A stretch of DNA of 64,000 nt. Origin: a bacterium. Its GTDB lineage: Bacteria > Hinthialibacterota > Hinthialibacteria > Hinthialibacterales > Hinthialibacteraceae. Of the stretch, positions 1-9,704 are shown piece after piece. The translations under genes were made by a program, and so were the position numbers. Where the stretch lies: positions 1,536,001-1,600,000 of the forward strand of contig CAXXMV010000002.1 of the NCBI GenBank assembly GCA_963662285.2, given 5' to 3'. The first letter of the stretch is position 1. Each line of letters starts with the position of its first letter. Below the pieces are notes generated by a model. It made no database searches and had not been told where the DNA came from. It saw only the letters and a list, made by a program, of their open reading frames with translations.

Positions 1-13
1 AAATCCCTCTGGA

Positions 14-1723
14 TTAACTGGTCTCGCGGGAAACGGTTGGTACAAAGGGTACCGGCCTGGCGATTCGAGTCAGCCCCAGAAGATCACGGGCGCGATTCAG
101 CGAGTCATCGATATTACCAAACATATTGTCTTCGCCGATTTCATCGATCAGTCCGGATCGATGTAGGGTAAAGAGGGGCTGAGCGTGAACTCCGGAGAGG
201 AGGAGGGTTGTCCCGTCGCGTTGACAGCGTTGATGGAATTCGCGCAATACATGAAGCCCTGTTGCATCGATGGCGAAGACATTGCGGAGGCGCAGGATAA
301 TAACCTGTACGGGTTTGTCGATAAGACGCATGGTCTCCTTGAAGCGATCCGCCGCGCCAAAAAAGAAAGATCCTTGAATTTCAAAAACTTCTACGCCGAG
401 AGGTACTTCGCGTAGTGCGATGGCGTTAGGATCGTCTGGTTCATCACTGTCACCCGAAAGTTCGCGGGTAATCATACTGACATTACTCACCTCGGACATG
501 CGGCGAATAAAGAGGAGTGAAGCCAGAACGACTCCCACTTCGACGGCAACGGTCAGGTCAACGAAAACGGTCAGGGTAAAGGTTGTGAGAAGAACCATCA
601 CATCGCTGCGAGGCGCCTTGAAAATCCGGATAAAATTATGAATTTCGCTCATGTTATAACTGACTACTACCAGAATTCCGGCGAGAGAAGCCAGGGGGAT
701 TTTTTTTGCCATGGGGGCAAACAGTAATAGCAGCAGCGCCAGAGTGATGGCATGGATGATGCCGGCAACCGGGGTTTTGGCGCCGCTTTTCACATTGGTT
801 GCAGTGCGGGCGATGGCGCCCGTAGCTGGAATTCCTCCGAATAACACCGAGGCTATATTGGCTATTCCCTGAGCGACCAGTTCCATATTGGGGCGGTGGC
901 GGCCTCCGATCATTCCGTCTGCAACCGTCGCCGAGAGAAGCGATTCAATAGCCGCCAACAGGCCAATCGTGAAGGAAGGGGCGATCAAGTTTTTCAGTTG
1001 ATCCCAAGGAATGGAGGGCAGCGATGGTCTCGGTAGAACTCGAGGTAAATCGCCAAAACGGCTGCCTATGGTATCAATATCCAGTTGAAGAATTGACGCC
1101 GCCAAGGTTGCTACGATCATTCCCATGAGTATCGCCGGGAGGCGGGGGAAAAAGCGCCGGAGTAGCACGATGAATAAAATCGTGCCTAATCCAATGGCGG
1201 TGGCGGATAAATTGTATGAACCGGAATTATGGATATATGATGTCCATTTTTCGATAAATTCGGCTGGGGGCGATTCCATGCGCAAACCGAATAAATCCTT
1301 AACTTGGGTTGAAAAAATAACGACCGCAATTCCCGTCGTAAAACCAGTGGTGACGGGAAAGGGAATGAACTTGATTAATCCCCCCATCTGGAAAACGCCA
1401 AGAGCGATGAGAAATCCCCCCGCAAGCAGCGTACAGCAGACAAGCCCTTCGTATCCATACTGATTGACAATCCCCGCGACAATTATCACAAACGCGCCCG
1501 TCGGGCCGCCGATCTGAACGCGGCTTCCTCCCAACAAGGAAATCAGAAATCCTGCAACGATGGCTGTGAATATCCCGCGTTCGGGAGGGATTCCACAGGC
1601 AATCGCAAATGCCATAGCCAAGGGAAGAGCCACGACGCCTACGGTAATCCCCGCGAAGAGGTCAGACATGAAGAGAGACGAATTATAGGTTTTAAGGTAT
1701 GTCAGTAATTTGGGTTTTAACAT
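14..1723 (-). CDS. SulP/SLC26 family anion permease with C-terminal STAS domain
   Basis: DLFAGITVGVVALPLAMAFAIA, GGSRVQIGGPTGAF, FGGIPATGAIARTATNV motifs; STAS motif IDATGL. Confidence 0.95.
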   Translation of the reverse strand: MLKPKLLTYLKTYNSSLFMSDLFAGITVGVVALPLAMAFAIACGIPPERGIFTAIVAGFLISLLGGSRVQIGGPTGAFVIIVAGIVNQYGYEGLVCCTLLAGGFLIALGVFQMGGLIKFIPFPVTTGFTTGIAVVIFSTQVKDLFGLRMESPPAEFIEKWTSYIHNSGSYNLSATAIGLGTILFIVLLRRFFPRLPAILMGMIVATLAASILQLDIDTIGSRFGDLPRVLPRPSLPSIPWDQLKNLIAPSFTIGLLAAIESLLSATVADGMIGGRHRPNMELVAQGIANIASVLFGGIPATGAIARTATNVKSGAKTPVAGIIHAITLALLLLLFAPMAKKIPLASLAGILVVVSYNMSEIHNFIRIFKAPRSDVMVLLTTFTLTVFVDLTVAVEVGVVLASLLFIRRMSEVSNVSMITRELSGDSDEPDDPNAIALREVPLGVEVFEIQGSFFFGAADRFKETMRLIDKPVQVIILRLRNVFAIDATGLHVLREFHQRCQRDGTTLLLSGVHAQPLFTLHRSGLIDEIGEDNMFGNIDDSLNRARDLLGLTRIARPVPFVPTVSRETS

Positions 1724-1940
1724 TGGTTTAAGAGAAACAAAGCCGCAATTTATGAATTAAACTTCTTAACGATGTCACTCTAAACGAAATCGATTTCGTG
1801 CAGGAAATGGCATACTATTTGATGATCACTTTATTATTATCATTGATGATTTTGGAGATGCAATCCCCTTGTAGAGTACTGTATGAAATTTAATGAATAA
1901 TTTTCAATCGATTCTGATTGCTTCACCTTATTTCTAAAAT

Positions 1941-3221
1941 CTACTTCCAAAACTGAACTTTTTTATAAATCTGAAATAGTGGATTGTTGCGGATGCTTTC
2001 CAGGTCGTGTTGCAGGGCGTCCTTCTGGTGCTGTAATAGATCTATGTTTTGCTGCATCTGCTTGATTTGTTGTTCGCGTTCACGGGTGCGGGCGTCGAAG
2101 AATGATGGAGACGGTAGGCGCTTGGTTGGGTTTTCCAGCCATTTCATTAGGTGATCGACGTGTGAATCATCGGATATTTTGGTGGAAACAACCTGGGCGC
2201 CCCGGCGTTTGCCTACGATATCGACTCTTTCAAGAGCAATCTCTTTGATCAGCGCTTTTAATTGTTTTTGCGCGTCATAAGCGATAACCCACCCGGCGTT
2301 ATGCTCTTTGATCCAATCCGCCCAGGGCGACTGGGGAGAGACGATGCAGGGAACCCCAGCCCATAAAGCTGTTCCAGTGCGCAGGTCGGATGACAGGCGT
2401 CGTTCTTCGGTTGGTTTGCACAGATCAATAGCCACAGCGCAACGTTTTAACTCGGTGACGTATTCGTTAAAATTAAGCGATCCGATCCATGAGACGTGGG
2501 GATGATCGGCGTAGGCGCTATCCATACCGCCGGTGCATTCCCGGTCGCTGGCGCCGGCTACTACCATTTGGCCTTTGCGGAAATGACTCATGGTTTCCAG
2601 GATAGTCTCAAAAGCCAGTGTTCGATCCTGCCAGGGCCAGAACATGCCGCCCCAGAAGAAAAGCGGCTCGTCTTCGGCGTGACCTTGGCGTGAGATGGGC
2701 ATTTCGTGGGATATAAATGGAGTAACGGCAAGCCTTTGCGCATCCGGCGCCACCCCGGCCCATATCAGCCAGGCGTCATAATATCCCCGCTGCCGTTCAA
2801 GGGCGCAGGTGAAATAGTCGGCGCGTGACAAACATTCAACTTTATCTACCACATGCTGGAAGAAATTCTCTTTATCCCGCCAGACGTATTCCAACGCCAG
2901 GGGTCCGGGAAGGTCGACCAAGATAGGTATATCAAGCGGTTCCCATAGAAAAGTCATGGGCTGCCATTGCTCGAATAGCACCGCATCATAATTACCGTTT
3001 TGAATTTCTTGATGCAATAGTTCGGGCTTGAATAATTTGATAGGCGTATTTGATGGAAGGTTTTCAGTTCCCGAAGCGTTTTGGCTGATCAAATAGGTAC
3101 ACTGCAGGCCGCGTCTGCGTAACGCTTCGCCCAGACCCCAAATGCGTACTCCACCACCGGCGCAGGGTTGTTTGAAGCAGGGCAGCGTCTCAGTTGTTAT
3201 TAATGCCAGGTGTTGAACCAT
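1941..3221 (-). CDS. Glycosyltransferase, GT4-like (GT-B fold) with C-terminal coiled coil
   Basis: GGGVRIWGLGEAL N-terminal motif, FFWGGMFWPW, ALWAGVPCIVS. Start moved to ATG 3221 (MVQHLALI) because the longer ORF-track start runs into the 6S RNA and its hairpin. Confidence 0.7.
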   Translation of the reverse strand: MVQHLALITTETLPCFKQPCAGGGVRIWGLGEALRRRGLQCTYLISQNASGTENLPSNTPIKLFKPELLHQEIQNGNYDAVLFEQWQPMTFLWEPLDIPILVDLPGPLALEYVWRDKENFFQHVVDKVECLSRADYFTCALERQRGYYDAWLIWAGVAPDAQRLAVTPFISHEMPISRQGHAEDEPLFFWGGMFWPWQDRTLAFETILETMSHFRKGQMVVAGASDRECTGGMDSAYADHPHVSWIGSLNFNEYVTELKRCAVAIDLCKPTEERRLSSDLRTGTALWAGVPCIVSPQSPWADWIKEHNAGWVIAYDAQKQLKALIKEIALERVDIVGKRRGAQVVSTKISDDSHVDHLMKWLENPTKRLPSPSFFDARTREREQQIKQMQQNIDLLQHQKDALQHDLESIRNNPLFQIYKKVQFWK

Positions 3222-3318
3222 AAGAAGGTAAGTTCTGATGAATAAATATTCGGTTTTGCCTTTAAAAAGACCATTTAACGCGCTTTTTATAAGACGAGAC
3301 GTAAGGTAGTAAATAATT

Positions 3319-3358
3319 GGGAAATAACGACTTTCGGCAAAGAGAGTCGTTATTTCCC
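3319..3358 (-). terminator. Hairpin directly after 6S RNA (probable terminator)
   Basis: GGGAAATAACGACT...AGTCGTTATTTCCC perfect 14-bp inverted repeat. Confidence 0.65.
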
Positions 3359-3360
3359 GA

Positions 3361-3537
3361 ACTCCGCATTTGCCGTGTGTCAAAGCGTTTTGTTAAGACC
3401 TGACTCAGCAGGTGGGATCCCTGGCCCAAACCTCAGCCTCCCTCGCATGGAGGTATGACATCAATTGGGGATTGAGAGCCCGAGTAATGCTCATTATAGC
3501 CTTAAAACAACTTTAACCATCACCAACAACGCAGAGC
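3361..3537 (-). ncRNA. ssrS: 6S RNA
   Basis: ~177 nt. 5' GCUCUGCGUUGUUGGUGAUGGUUAAAG pairs with 3' CUUUGACACACGGCAAAUGCGGAGU. Internal GGGAGGCUGA and CCCACCUGCUGAGUCAGGUC segments and the CACACGGCA end are typical of 6S RNAs. Followed by a hairpin. Confidence 0.8.
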
Positions 3538-3930
3538 GATTAAACAAATGATAGGCAATTATTGCCTGAGATTGATATTGTATCTCATTCATTTTATATT
3601 TTCAATTATCATTTCGATTAAGGAATGATGTTTTAGAGTGATTGATGTAAAATATTCATTGCGGCGTTTCGACAAAGCCAGTAAAGATTGGCTTTATCGA
3701 AGACTAAAGGCAATCTTTAACTAATATCATTTTGACTACCTCTCTAATGGAAAACAAAAAAAGTGATTTAACTTTTGCTATTCAGGGAAAAACAATAATA
3801 ATATTATGATAAGAGTATGATTTTGTGAGCAAAGTAGACAAAAGAAGATGCACTTGACTACTATTACTTATAATCTCATGATGAAACTCAATAGAATGAA
3901 GCATGCTTTTTTGAAAGGAGTGGTTTTAAA

Positions 3931-4452
3931 ATGAAAACCAACCGAATCCTAGTTGTTTTAGCTTGTCTTTCCGTGGTGATTGTTGGAGCGTGGGCGATTG
4001 ACAATCAGAATAACGCCGCCAGCGTCTCTCCGGCTGATTTTAATCCGGGTAATCCTAATGATTATCCTGTTCTCACAGATATTGATATCGATTTCATGGG
4101 TTTGGGTGACGTCGGCGAGATTTATATGATCGAAGGCATTGAAAATATGACCTCGGTTGAATTTAAAACAAATAAATATACCGCAGGCCCAACCTCATAT
4201 TCCCGTCTGGTTATGCATGGCGTCTTTGATAAAATTATGCGTGATTGGCGTGATACCATCATCGCGGGAACTACGACTAGACATGACATCGAACTGAATC
4301 TAAACAATAAAACCGGTAAACGCGTCCTACGCATTACCTTCTACGATGCGTTTCCAGTCAGTTTTTCCATCCCCCCTTTATCGGTTGATAACAACACGCG
4401 CTATATGGAGCGGATAGAATTCGTTTATACCGATTTCGACATCACTAATTAA
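3931..4452 (+). CDS. Phage tail-tube-like protein (T4 gp19 / eCIS Afp1 family) with N-terminal Sec signal peptide
   Basis: AGPTSYSRLVMHGV..MRDWRDTIIAG..RHDIELNLNNKTGKRVLRITFYDAFPVSFSIPPLSVDNN..MERIEFVY matches the gp19 tube consensus (PG..y..itL.rG..l..W...v..G...r.n.si.l.d..g....rw.f..awP.....p.l.....E.iel). Signal MKTNRILVVLACLSVVIVGAWA; RBS AAGGAG. Confidence 0.75.
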   Translation: MKTNRILVVLACLSVVIVGAWAIDNQNNAASVSPADFNPGNPNDYPVLTDIDIDFMGLGDVGEIYMIEGIENMTSVEFKTNKYTAGPTSYSRLVMHGVFDKIMRDWRDTIIAGTTTRHDIELNLNNKTGKRVLRITFYDAFPVSFSIPPLSVDNNTRYMERIEFVYTDFDITN

Positions 4453-4482
4453 CGCGAGCATTGATTTGACGAGGTGTCTCTC

Positions 4483-5709
4483 ATGAAAAAGATATTGTCT
4501 TTATGTCTGGCAATAATAGCAACGCTCGCGGTGACAGGATGGTCCGCGACGCCCAAAGCCGTAGATATGGTGGTGATTGATGGTGAATCGTCAGTATATG
4601 TTTTATATGATGACGGTTTTATTCAAACCACTGGTTTCGCGGTATCATTTGGTTATCCGGGAAATGCAGATGCCATTAGTCTTGCCATGACCAATACCAA
4701 AAGCGGGTATTATGTTCTGGAAAGCGATGGTACTTTGCATTCGTTTGGCGATGCAGTCGTTATCCCGAATCCTATGAAGGATAATGGCAAAAATCCATAC
4801 GTTGATATGGAATTGTATCAATATACCAATAGCCCCTATTTTCTGCGTCAGGACGGTTCCATCGAAGTATCCGGCGAGGCGGTTTTTTATGGCGAATTGT
4901 TGCGAAACAAGAAAGCCGTTGATTTGGAATTGACTAGAGATGGACTGGGTTATTACGTCCTCTACGAAGATGGTCATATCGCTTTCTTTGGAACAGCTGT
5001 CGATAGGGGATTCACCATATCCAGTTCAATCAAAGCAGTCGATCTCGAACTGGATGGAGATGGATACTTTGTCTGCCTGGAAGATGGCGGCATCCTTTCT
5101 TTTGGTTCTGCTGCGCAGATGCCTTTCCGCACCCGGCCATCAGAAGATGTCGTCAATATGACCATAACCCAGCAGGGATATCGCATCCTGACTGAATCCG
5201 GCGAAGTGGAGAGTTTTATCCGCGTGGATGCCCAGGGAATTTCAAATTGGTATGCTAAAGTATCAGCGCGAACGGTTAAGCCTCAGGCTACTAATACCCC
5301 GACTCCTACTCAGACGCCCAAACAGGATGTCAACTACTTTACCTATGAAGAGTCTGGATTTGCGGAAAAAATCATTGGTAAAATACCCGAAACGGCTTCT
5401 CTGCCGGTATCACTAAACAGCGGTTTCGCCAGCCTATATGGCGGCGGGCTTTTTGTTGCTGTTGCTGATGGAGAAGAGCAGCCGGTTCGCAAGATTCTGC
5501 TTTATAGCGTGGAAGAATCCACTGGCGCTGATTCGACTGGCGCGGTCTTCGCCCAGTTGTCTCCAGAACGCGGAGACGCCGTAATCCGTGGGATTTCATA
5601 CAGCAGCGTTGGACTCTATGTTGTTGTTCAAGATGTTAGCGGATTGTTTATATTCCTTATTGAAGGAAATTTTGAATCATCCGACATCAACGCTTTTTCT
5701 TTGTATTAA
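4483..5709 (+). CDS. Secreted repeat protein (GYYVLxxDGxxxxFGxA repeats, probable beta-propeller), PT linker, C-terminal domain ending in a putative sorting motif
   Basis: Signal peptide; ~6 repeats such as SGYYVLESDGTLHSFGDA, GYYVLYEDGHIAFFGTA, GYFVCLEDGGILSFGSA; TNTPTPTQTP linker; ends SSDINAFSLY. Confidence 0.7.
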   Translation: MKKILSLCLAIIATLAVTGWSATPKAVDMVVIDGESSVYVLYDDGFIQTTGFAVSFGYPGNADAISLAMTNTKSGYYVLESDGTLHSFGDAVVIPNPMKDNGKNPYVDMELYQYTNSPYFLRQDGSIEVSGEAVFYGELLRNKKAVDLELTRDGLGYYVLYEDGHIAFFGTAVDRGFTISSSIKAVDLELDGDGYFVCLEDGGILSFGSAAQMPFRTRPSEDVVNMTITQQGYRILTESGEVESFIRVDAQGISNWYAKVSARTVKPQATNTPTPTQTPKQDVNYFTYEESGFAEKIIGKIPETASLPVSLNSGFASLYGGGLFVAVADGEEQPVRKILLYSVEESTGADSTGAVFAQLSPERGDAVIRGISYSSVGLYVVVQDVSGLFIFLIEGNFESSDINAFSLY

Positions 5710-5732
5710 CCTTGAAAACATTTGAGTTATGT

Positions 5733-5776
5733 AAACGGGGCGGGCTAGCCGCATTACGGCTGCCCGCCCCGTGTTT
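5733..5776 (+). terminator. Intrinsic terminator after the tube/propeller gene pair
   Basis: ACGGGGCGGGC...GCCCGCCCCGT stem followed by GTTTATT. Confidence 0.7.
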
Positions 5777-5860
5777 ATTCATGTCTCATCTTTTATCCTA
5801 AAGACGGTAGTTAATTTTGGTGAGTATGTGAGGCTGACTCACCCCGCGTAGGTGATCTTT

Positions 5861-5905
5861 ATCAACCCTCTCCTAACCTCTCCCAGTCTTGGGAGAGGAA
5901 TGTCT
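5861..5905. repeat. CCCTCTCCTAACCTCTCCC-N-GGGAGAGG palindromic intergenic repeat
   Basis: ATCAACCCTCTCCTAACCTCTCCCAGTCTTGGGAGAGGAATGT. Near-identical reverse-complement copy at 14985-15028; related copies near 5960-6000, 29192-29226, 30626-30655 and 63320-63345. Confidence 0.75.
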
Positions 5906-6064
5906 AACCAGAGTTTTTTGAATAACTTAGTTATATCATATAACTGGCGCCATTTCCAAAATCCCTATCCCCCAAGTTGGGGGAGAATTTAAGAGGGGTC
6001 GTTTTCTACAACTATGGATGTTCTATTTGACTTTATAATGATAACCTAACTGCTATTATTAGGA

Positions 6065-8037
6065 TTATTGCATCGCTTTCAATAAATCCTGGGCTTGTTT
6101 GTTATCGGGATCTAGTTCGATGGCTTTTTGTAGATGAGTCAGCGCTTTATCTTTCTGTTCCTGGCGCTGATAGACCATTCCCATAAATATATGCGTTTGG
6201 ACGTTGTCTGGGTCTTTATCAAGGACGAACTGAAAATCGGATAACGCTCCTTTTAAGTCTCCACCGAACGCTTCAGGAGTGAAGAACCGAACCGCTCCAC
6301 GTCCAATATGCCCGCCGATGTTTTCGGGATCAACTTCAAGCGCTTTTTCAAATACTTTGCCAATCTGCATTCCATATACCATTTTATCCATGGGTTCAGA
6401 CAGTTCCGTCAATTGTCCAAGGATGTCTCCCTTTTGGACATACAATTCAGCATTGTTGGGATTCTGGTTAATCGACTTATCCATCTCTTTCAGATCATCT
6501 TTTAACTGTTGGATAATCTTCTTGGTCTCTTCATCCAATGGTTTTTGCGGAGGGAAGGGCGACATCCCTGGAGGAGGACCGCCTTGTCCATCTTGCATAA
6601 ATGGTGGAGGGCCGCCGGGGTCACCGGGTCTTGGGCCGCCTGGCGGGGGGCCGCCCGGTTGGCCGAATATGAAACTGTCAATCTGGTCGCCTTCTTTTTC
6701 ACCGGCCAATTGCGCTTTGACCGATGCAATACGTTGTTCAACGAACGGCTTGAGGCCGATGATCTGCTGGCTGAAGATGAAAGCCTGTGGTTTGACCGGA
6801 CCTTCCATACTCTTCTGGAAATCCTCGAATGAAAATACCGGCTTGGAGTCGGCTTGCACAGAATCTTTGATATGCGAATATAAACGGTCTATATCGGCGT
6901 TCATGGCTGTTGGATTGAAGAAATCCCGAATGAATGAACTGAGGTAAAATTCAAAAATCACCCGGTATTTTTCGATATCCAGAATGCGCTGGATCATGAT
7001 TTTGTCGCCCATATAAGGCTTTTTGATATCAAAATTGAGTATCTTCTCCGGCGATACCACTTGCAGGTTGCCGAATGCTTCGTTGACATCCCAGGGGATA
7101 AATTCAAAACGGCTTGAAGCGGTGTTGTAATACAGATACCAGTTATGCCCCAATCCGGCGTAACTATCCAGATCGGTCAACAGGGTATTGACCGCCAGCG
7201 ACGCCAGAAAGCGGTCGACGTTCAGTTTCTGCTCGATTTTCGAGGTGAATTCCTTATCAGATGCATCATTCAGAAACTTGATGAACTTAATCAATTGTTT
7301 TGCGTCATCAATGCCGCCGGATTTTAATTCGTGGTCATGGGCGTATTCTTCCCAATCATCCCCCCGGTATTCCAGATCACGCATGATCTCGAACTTAAAC
7401 AGACCACCATCAGAGTTGCCGAAACGGTCTTCCAGGAAAGGACGGTTGACTTGTTCGACCACCACGAAGAAACCCAGATGCTATTGGGGCTTGCCTTCAA
7501 TGTTCAAATAGATATTGGCGAAATGGCGCGCGGCGCCGGTACCGCTGCTTTTTGGTATAAATCATAAGTCAACTTATCTCGCAGCATGGATGGATCGCGG
7601 AAGCAGTTGATGAAATTCAGTTTGGTGAATCCATGAAAAATCTGTTCATCATTGTATCGGTTAAAATCTATTTTCAACGGCTTCTTCCCGTCAGGGGGGA
7701 TCATCATGATTGAAGCGTTGCCCCGGTAGCGCACGCCGACGCCTTCGTAAACCGCGCCGCCGCAGGTTACCGTTGCCGGGACGTAGGGAAACTCTTGAGA
7801 GAACATACTGCGCGAGCTCATTTTGGTCATATCGCGCTGTTGGGGCTTGGGTTGCATGTTCTGGAAATTTTCCGCCGTCATCTCGATGGTGAAAGTGAGA
7901 ATTTCCTGATTTTCGAAGACATAATTGTAATCCGCCACTGTCGCAGCGCTGCTGTTCATTGGTATAGTTAGGCTTAAAACCAATGCCAGAGCGGTAAAAC
8001 AGATTGCTTGATGCTTGGTTGAGCAGTAATGTCGCAT
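6065..8037 (-). pseudogene. Secreted CotH-family kinase with Pro/Gly linker and C-terminal TPRs, split into two ORFs
   Basis: VGVRYRGNAS, KKPLKIDFN, DPSMLRDKL, DSY.GLGHNWYLY, IPWDVNEAFG are CotH motifs. Frameshift near 7520 plus an in-frame TAG at 7481-7483; may be a sequencing error. Confidence 0.75.
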
Positions 8038-8287
8038 TTCGTTTCTTCTCTCCTTGGGAAGGTCGGTGATAATAAGACGCAGTTATAGCATACAATAATA
8101 TACGATATTGGGATGGAGTTTATTTAATATAAAAAAGGTTGTTCGAGTGGCTGGAAAGAAAAAGAGTTGATAGCAACCCTCTATGTTTACGTAGTTAGCC
8201 CAAATGCAATAATTATCTAAGCAAAAAAAAATCCTGCGAATCCTTCAATCCGGGGAATCCAGATTCAGACAAAAGAACGATAAGATC

Positions 8288-8373
8288 AAGGTGAAGATAG
8301 TTTTTAAGGGATATTAAAAATCATAGGTGATAGCATCAAGGGCTGACCGCATTGCGGTCTTGCCCTTGGCGCC
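8288..8373. repeat. REP-like palindromic element, long form
   Basis: AAGGTGAAGA..TAAGGGATA..AAAATCATA.GTGATAGCATCAAGGGCTGACCGCATTGCGGTCTTGCCCTTGGCGCC; closely similar to 11665-11750. Confidence 0.85.
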
Positions 8374-8393
8374 CTCCCTTGGCGCCTTGCATC

Positions 8394-9200
8394 TTATTTA
8401 ACTTTTCTTTCCGGGATGTAGAAATCTTCCTTGGAAAGGTTGCATTTTTGGGCGACTCTCTTGCAATAGGCTAAACGTCCTGCATTTTTATTGCGGGCAT
8501 CGGAGCCGAAGGTAAATTTTAATCCTTGTTCTTTGGCCATATTAATGAATTTATCATGAGGCGTGTGGGACATATCGTTTATTTCAATGGCGATATTTCT
8601 TTTTTTGACAGCCGTAATTATTTGCTGCATCCGTTCCTGCGTCCACAATGTATAGTAGTCGCGGGCGATGCATACCGGCAGAAACAGCGGCCATGCAAAT
8701 ATGGTCATAGGTTCGTTTTCCAGGATTTCCATAGTGTAATCCATGTATCGCGCCATGAATTCTTCCGTATCCTCCACATAAGTATCAAATTCCCAGATGC
8801 TCAACCTTTCACCATTTCCCATAGGCACTCTTTGGGGATCCATTAGTATGTAATCGAGTTGGGCTAACAGTTCTGGCGAGAATTTTTTGGACCACCCAAG
8901 ATCGATGGGTTGCAATCCAATATAGACAGGATATTGCCGTAGTTTATCGATATAGTTTTTCAGGTCATCATCGTTTTTAATAGCCCATTCGGCGGGATGT
9001 TCAACGATGCCGAATTGAACATTTCTTTCTTTTGCGATATCCATTATATGTTCAATTGTAAATTGCCGGGTAGTGTGGACATGCATATCTATCAAGGGGA
9101 AATCATATTCATTCTTAGCAGCAGTATTGCCTAAAACTGGTGATGCAGCTATTGCTCCAAGAATAATACTTGAGTTTTTAATAAAGCTTCGTCTTTTCAT
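8394..9200 (-). CDS. Tat-exported PHP-domain (histidinol-phosphatase-like) metallohydrolase
   Basis: KRRSFIK Tat motif; IDMHVHT, GIVEH, IEIND, TFGSDAR PHP motifs. Confidence 0.8.
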   Translation of the reverse strand: MKRRSFIKNSSIILGAIAASPVLGNTAAKNEYDFPLIDMHVHTTRQFTIEHIMDIAKERNVQFGIVEHPAEWAIKNDDDLKNYIDKLRQYPVYIGLQPIDLGWSKKFSPELLAQLDYILMDPQRVPMGNGERLSIWEFDTYVEDTEEFMARYMDYTMEILENEPMTIFAWPLFLPVCIARDYYTLWTQERMQQIITAVKKRNIAIEINDMSHTPHDKFINMAKEQGLKFTFGSDARNKNAGRLAYCKRVAQKCNLSKEDFYIPERKVK

Positions 9201-9388
9201 GGTTTTTCCTTTTTTTAGTTCTAAAGTTAATCCTGCAAGTGAGTCGCGCTATTTTATCGACTTGAGATGCATCAATGATTTTGCAAACGTTAGTGATACT
9301 AACATATATTGATTGATTGATGAAGTCAATTTTGGTATGAAAAGGACAGGGGGGGAGTATTGAGGCTGAGAGTTAACTTATAATGTCA

Positions 9389-9435
9389 GTGATAGCATCA
9401 AGGGCTGAACGCATTACGGTCTTGCCCTTGGCGCC
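9389..9435. repeat. REP-like palindromic element, core
   Basis: GTGATAGCATCAAGGGCTGAACGCATTACGGTCTTGCCCTTGGCGCC. Confidence 0.8.
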
Positions 9436-9704
9436 AGGCTTGCGAGGGTGTCATTTCTGCTTTGCGGTTAGACCCTGACCTTTCTGCTTTGCGGTAACAC
9501 TTTGTTTGGAAAATAATTGACAATATCCAATATTCCATAGATAATAGATTACTCCAAATGAAATAAGAGCAGAATCTGAGTTGCCTCGGATAAAACTCAA
9601 TCGAAGCGGGGCATGGGCGCTCATAGCCCAGGGATGTTCATTCGCATCGAATGAGTGGGGGATTATCCTGATAAAAGATGGAAATAGAAAATGAACACAC
9701 GTAA

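Noticed and set aside
3222-3383. N-terminal extension of the glycosyltransferase in the ORF track
   Set aside because: Overlaps the 6S RNA 3' end and its hairpin; the GT fold starts at MVQHLALI
3931-5709. Prophage or complete contractile injection system
   Set aside because: No sheath, baseplate, VgrG/PAAR, terminase, capsid or integrase genes nearby
9454-9495. Direct repeat TTTCTGCTTTGCGGT x2
   Set aside because: Only two copies, with no associated gene or structure; no function supportable
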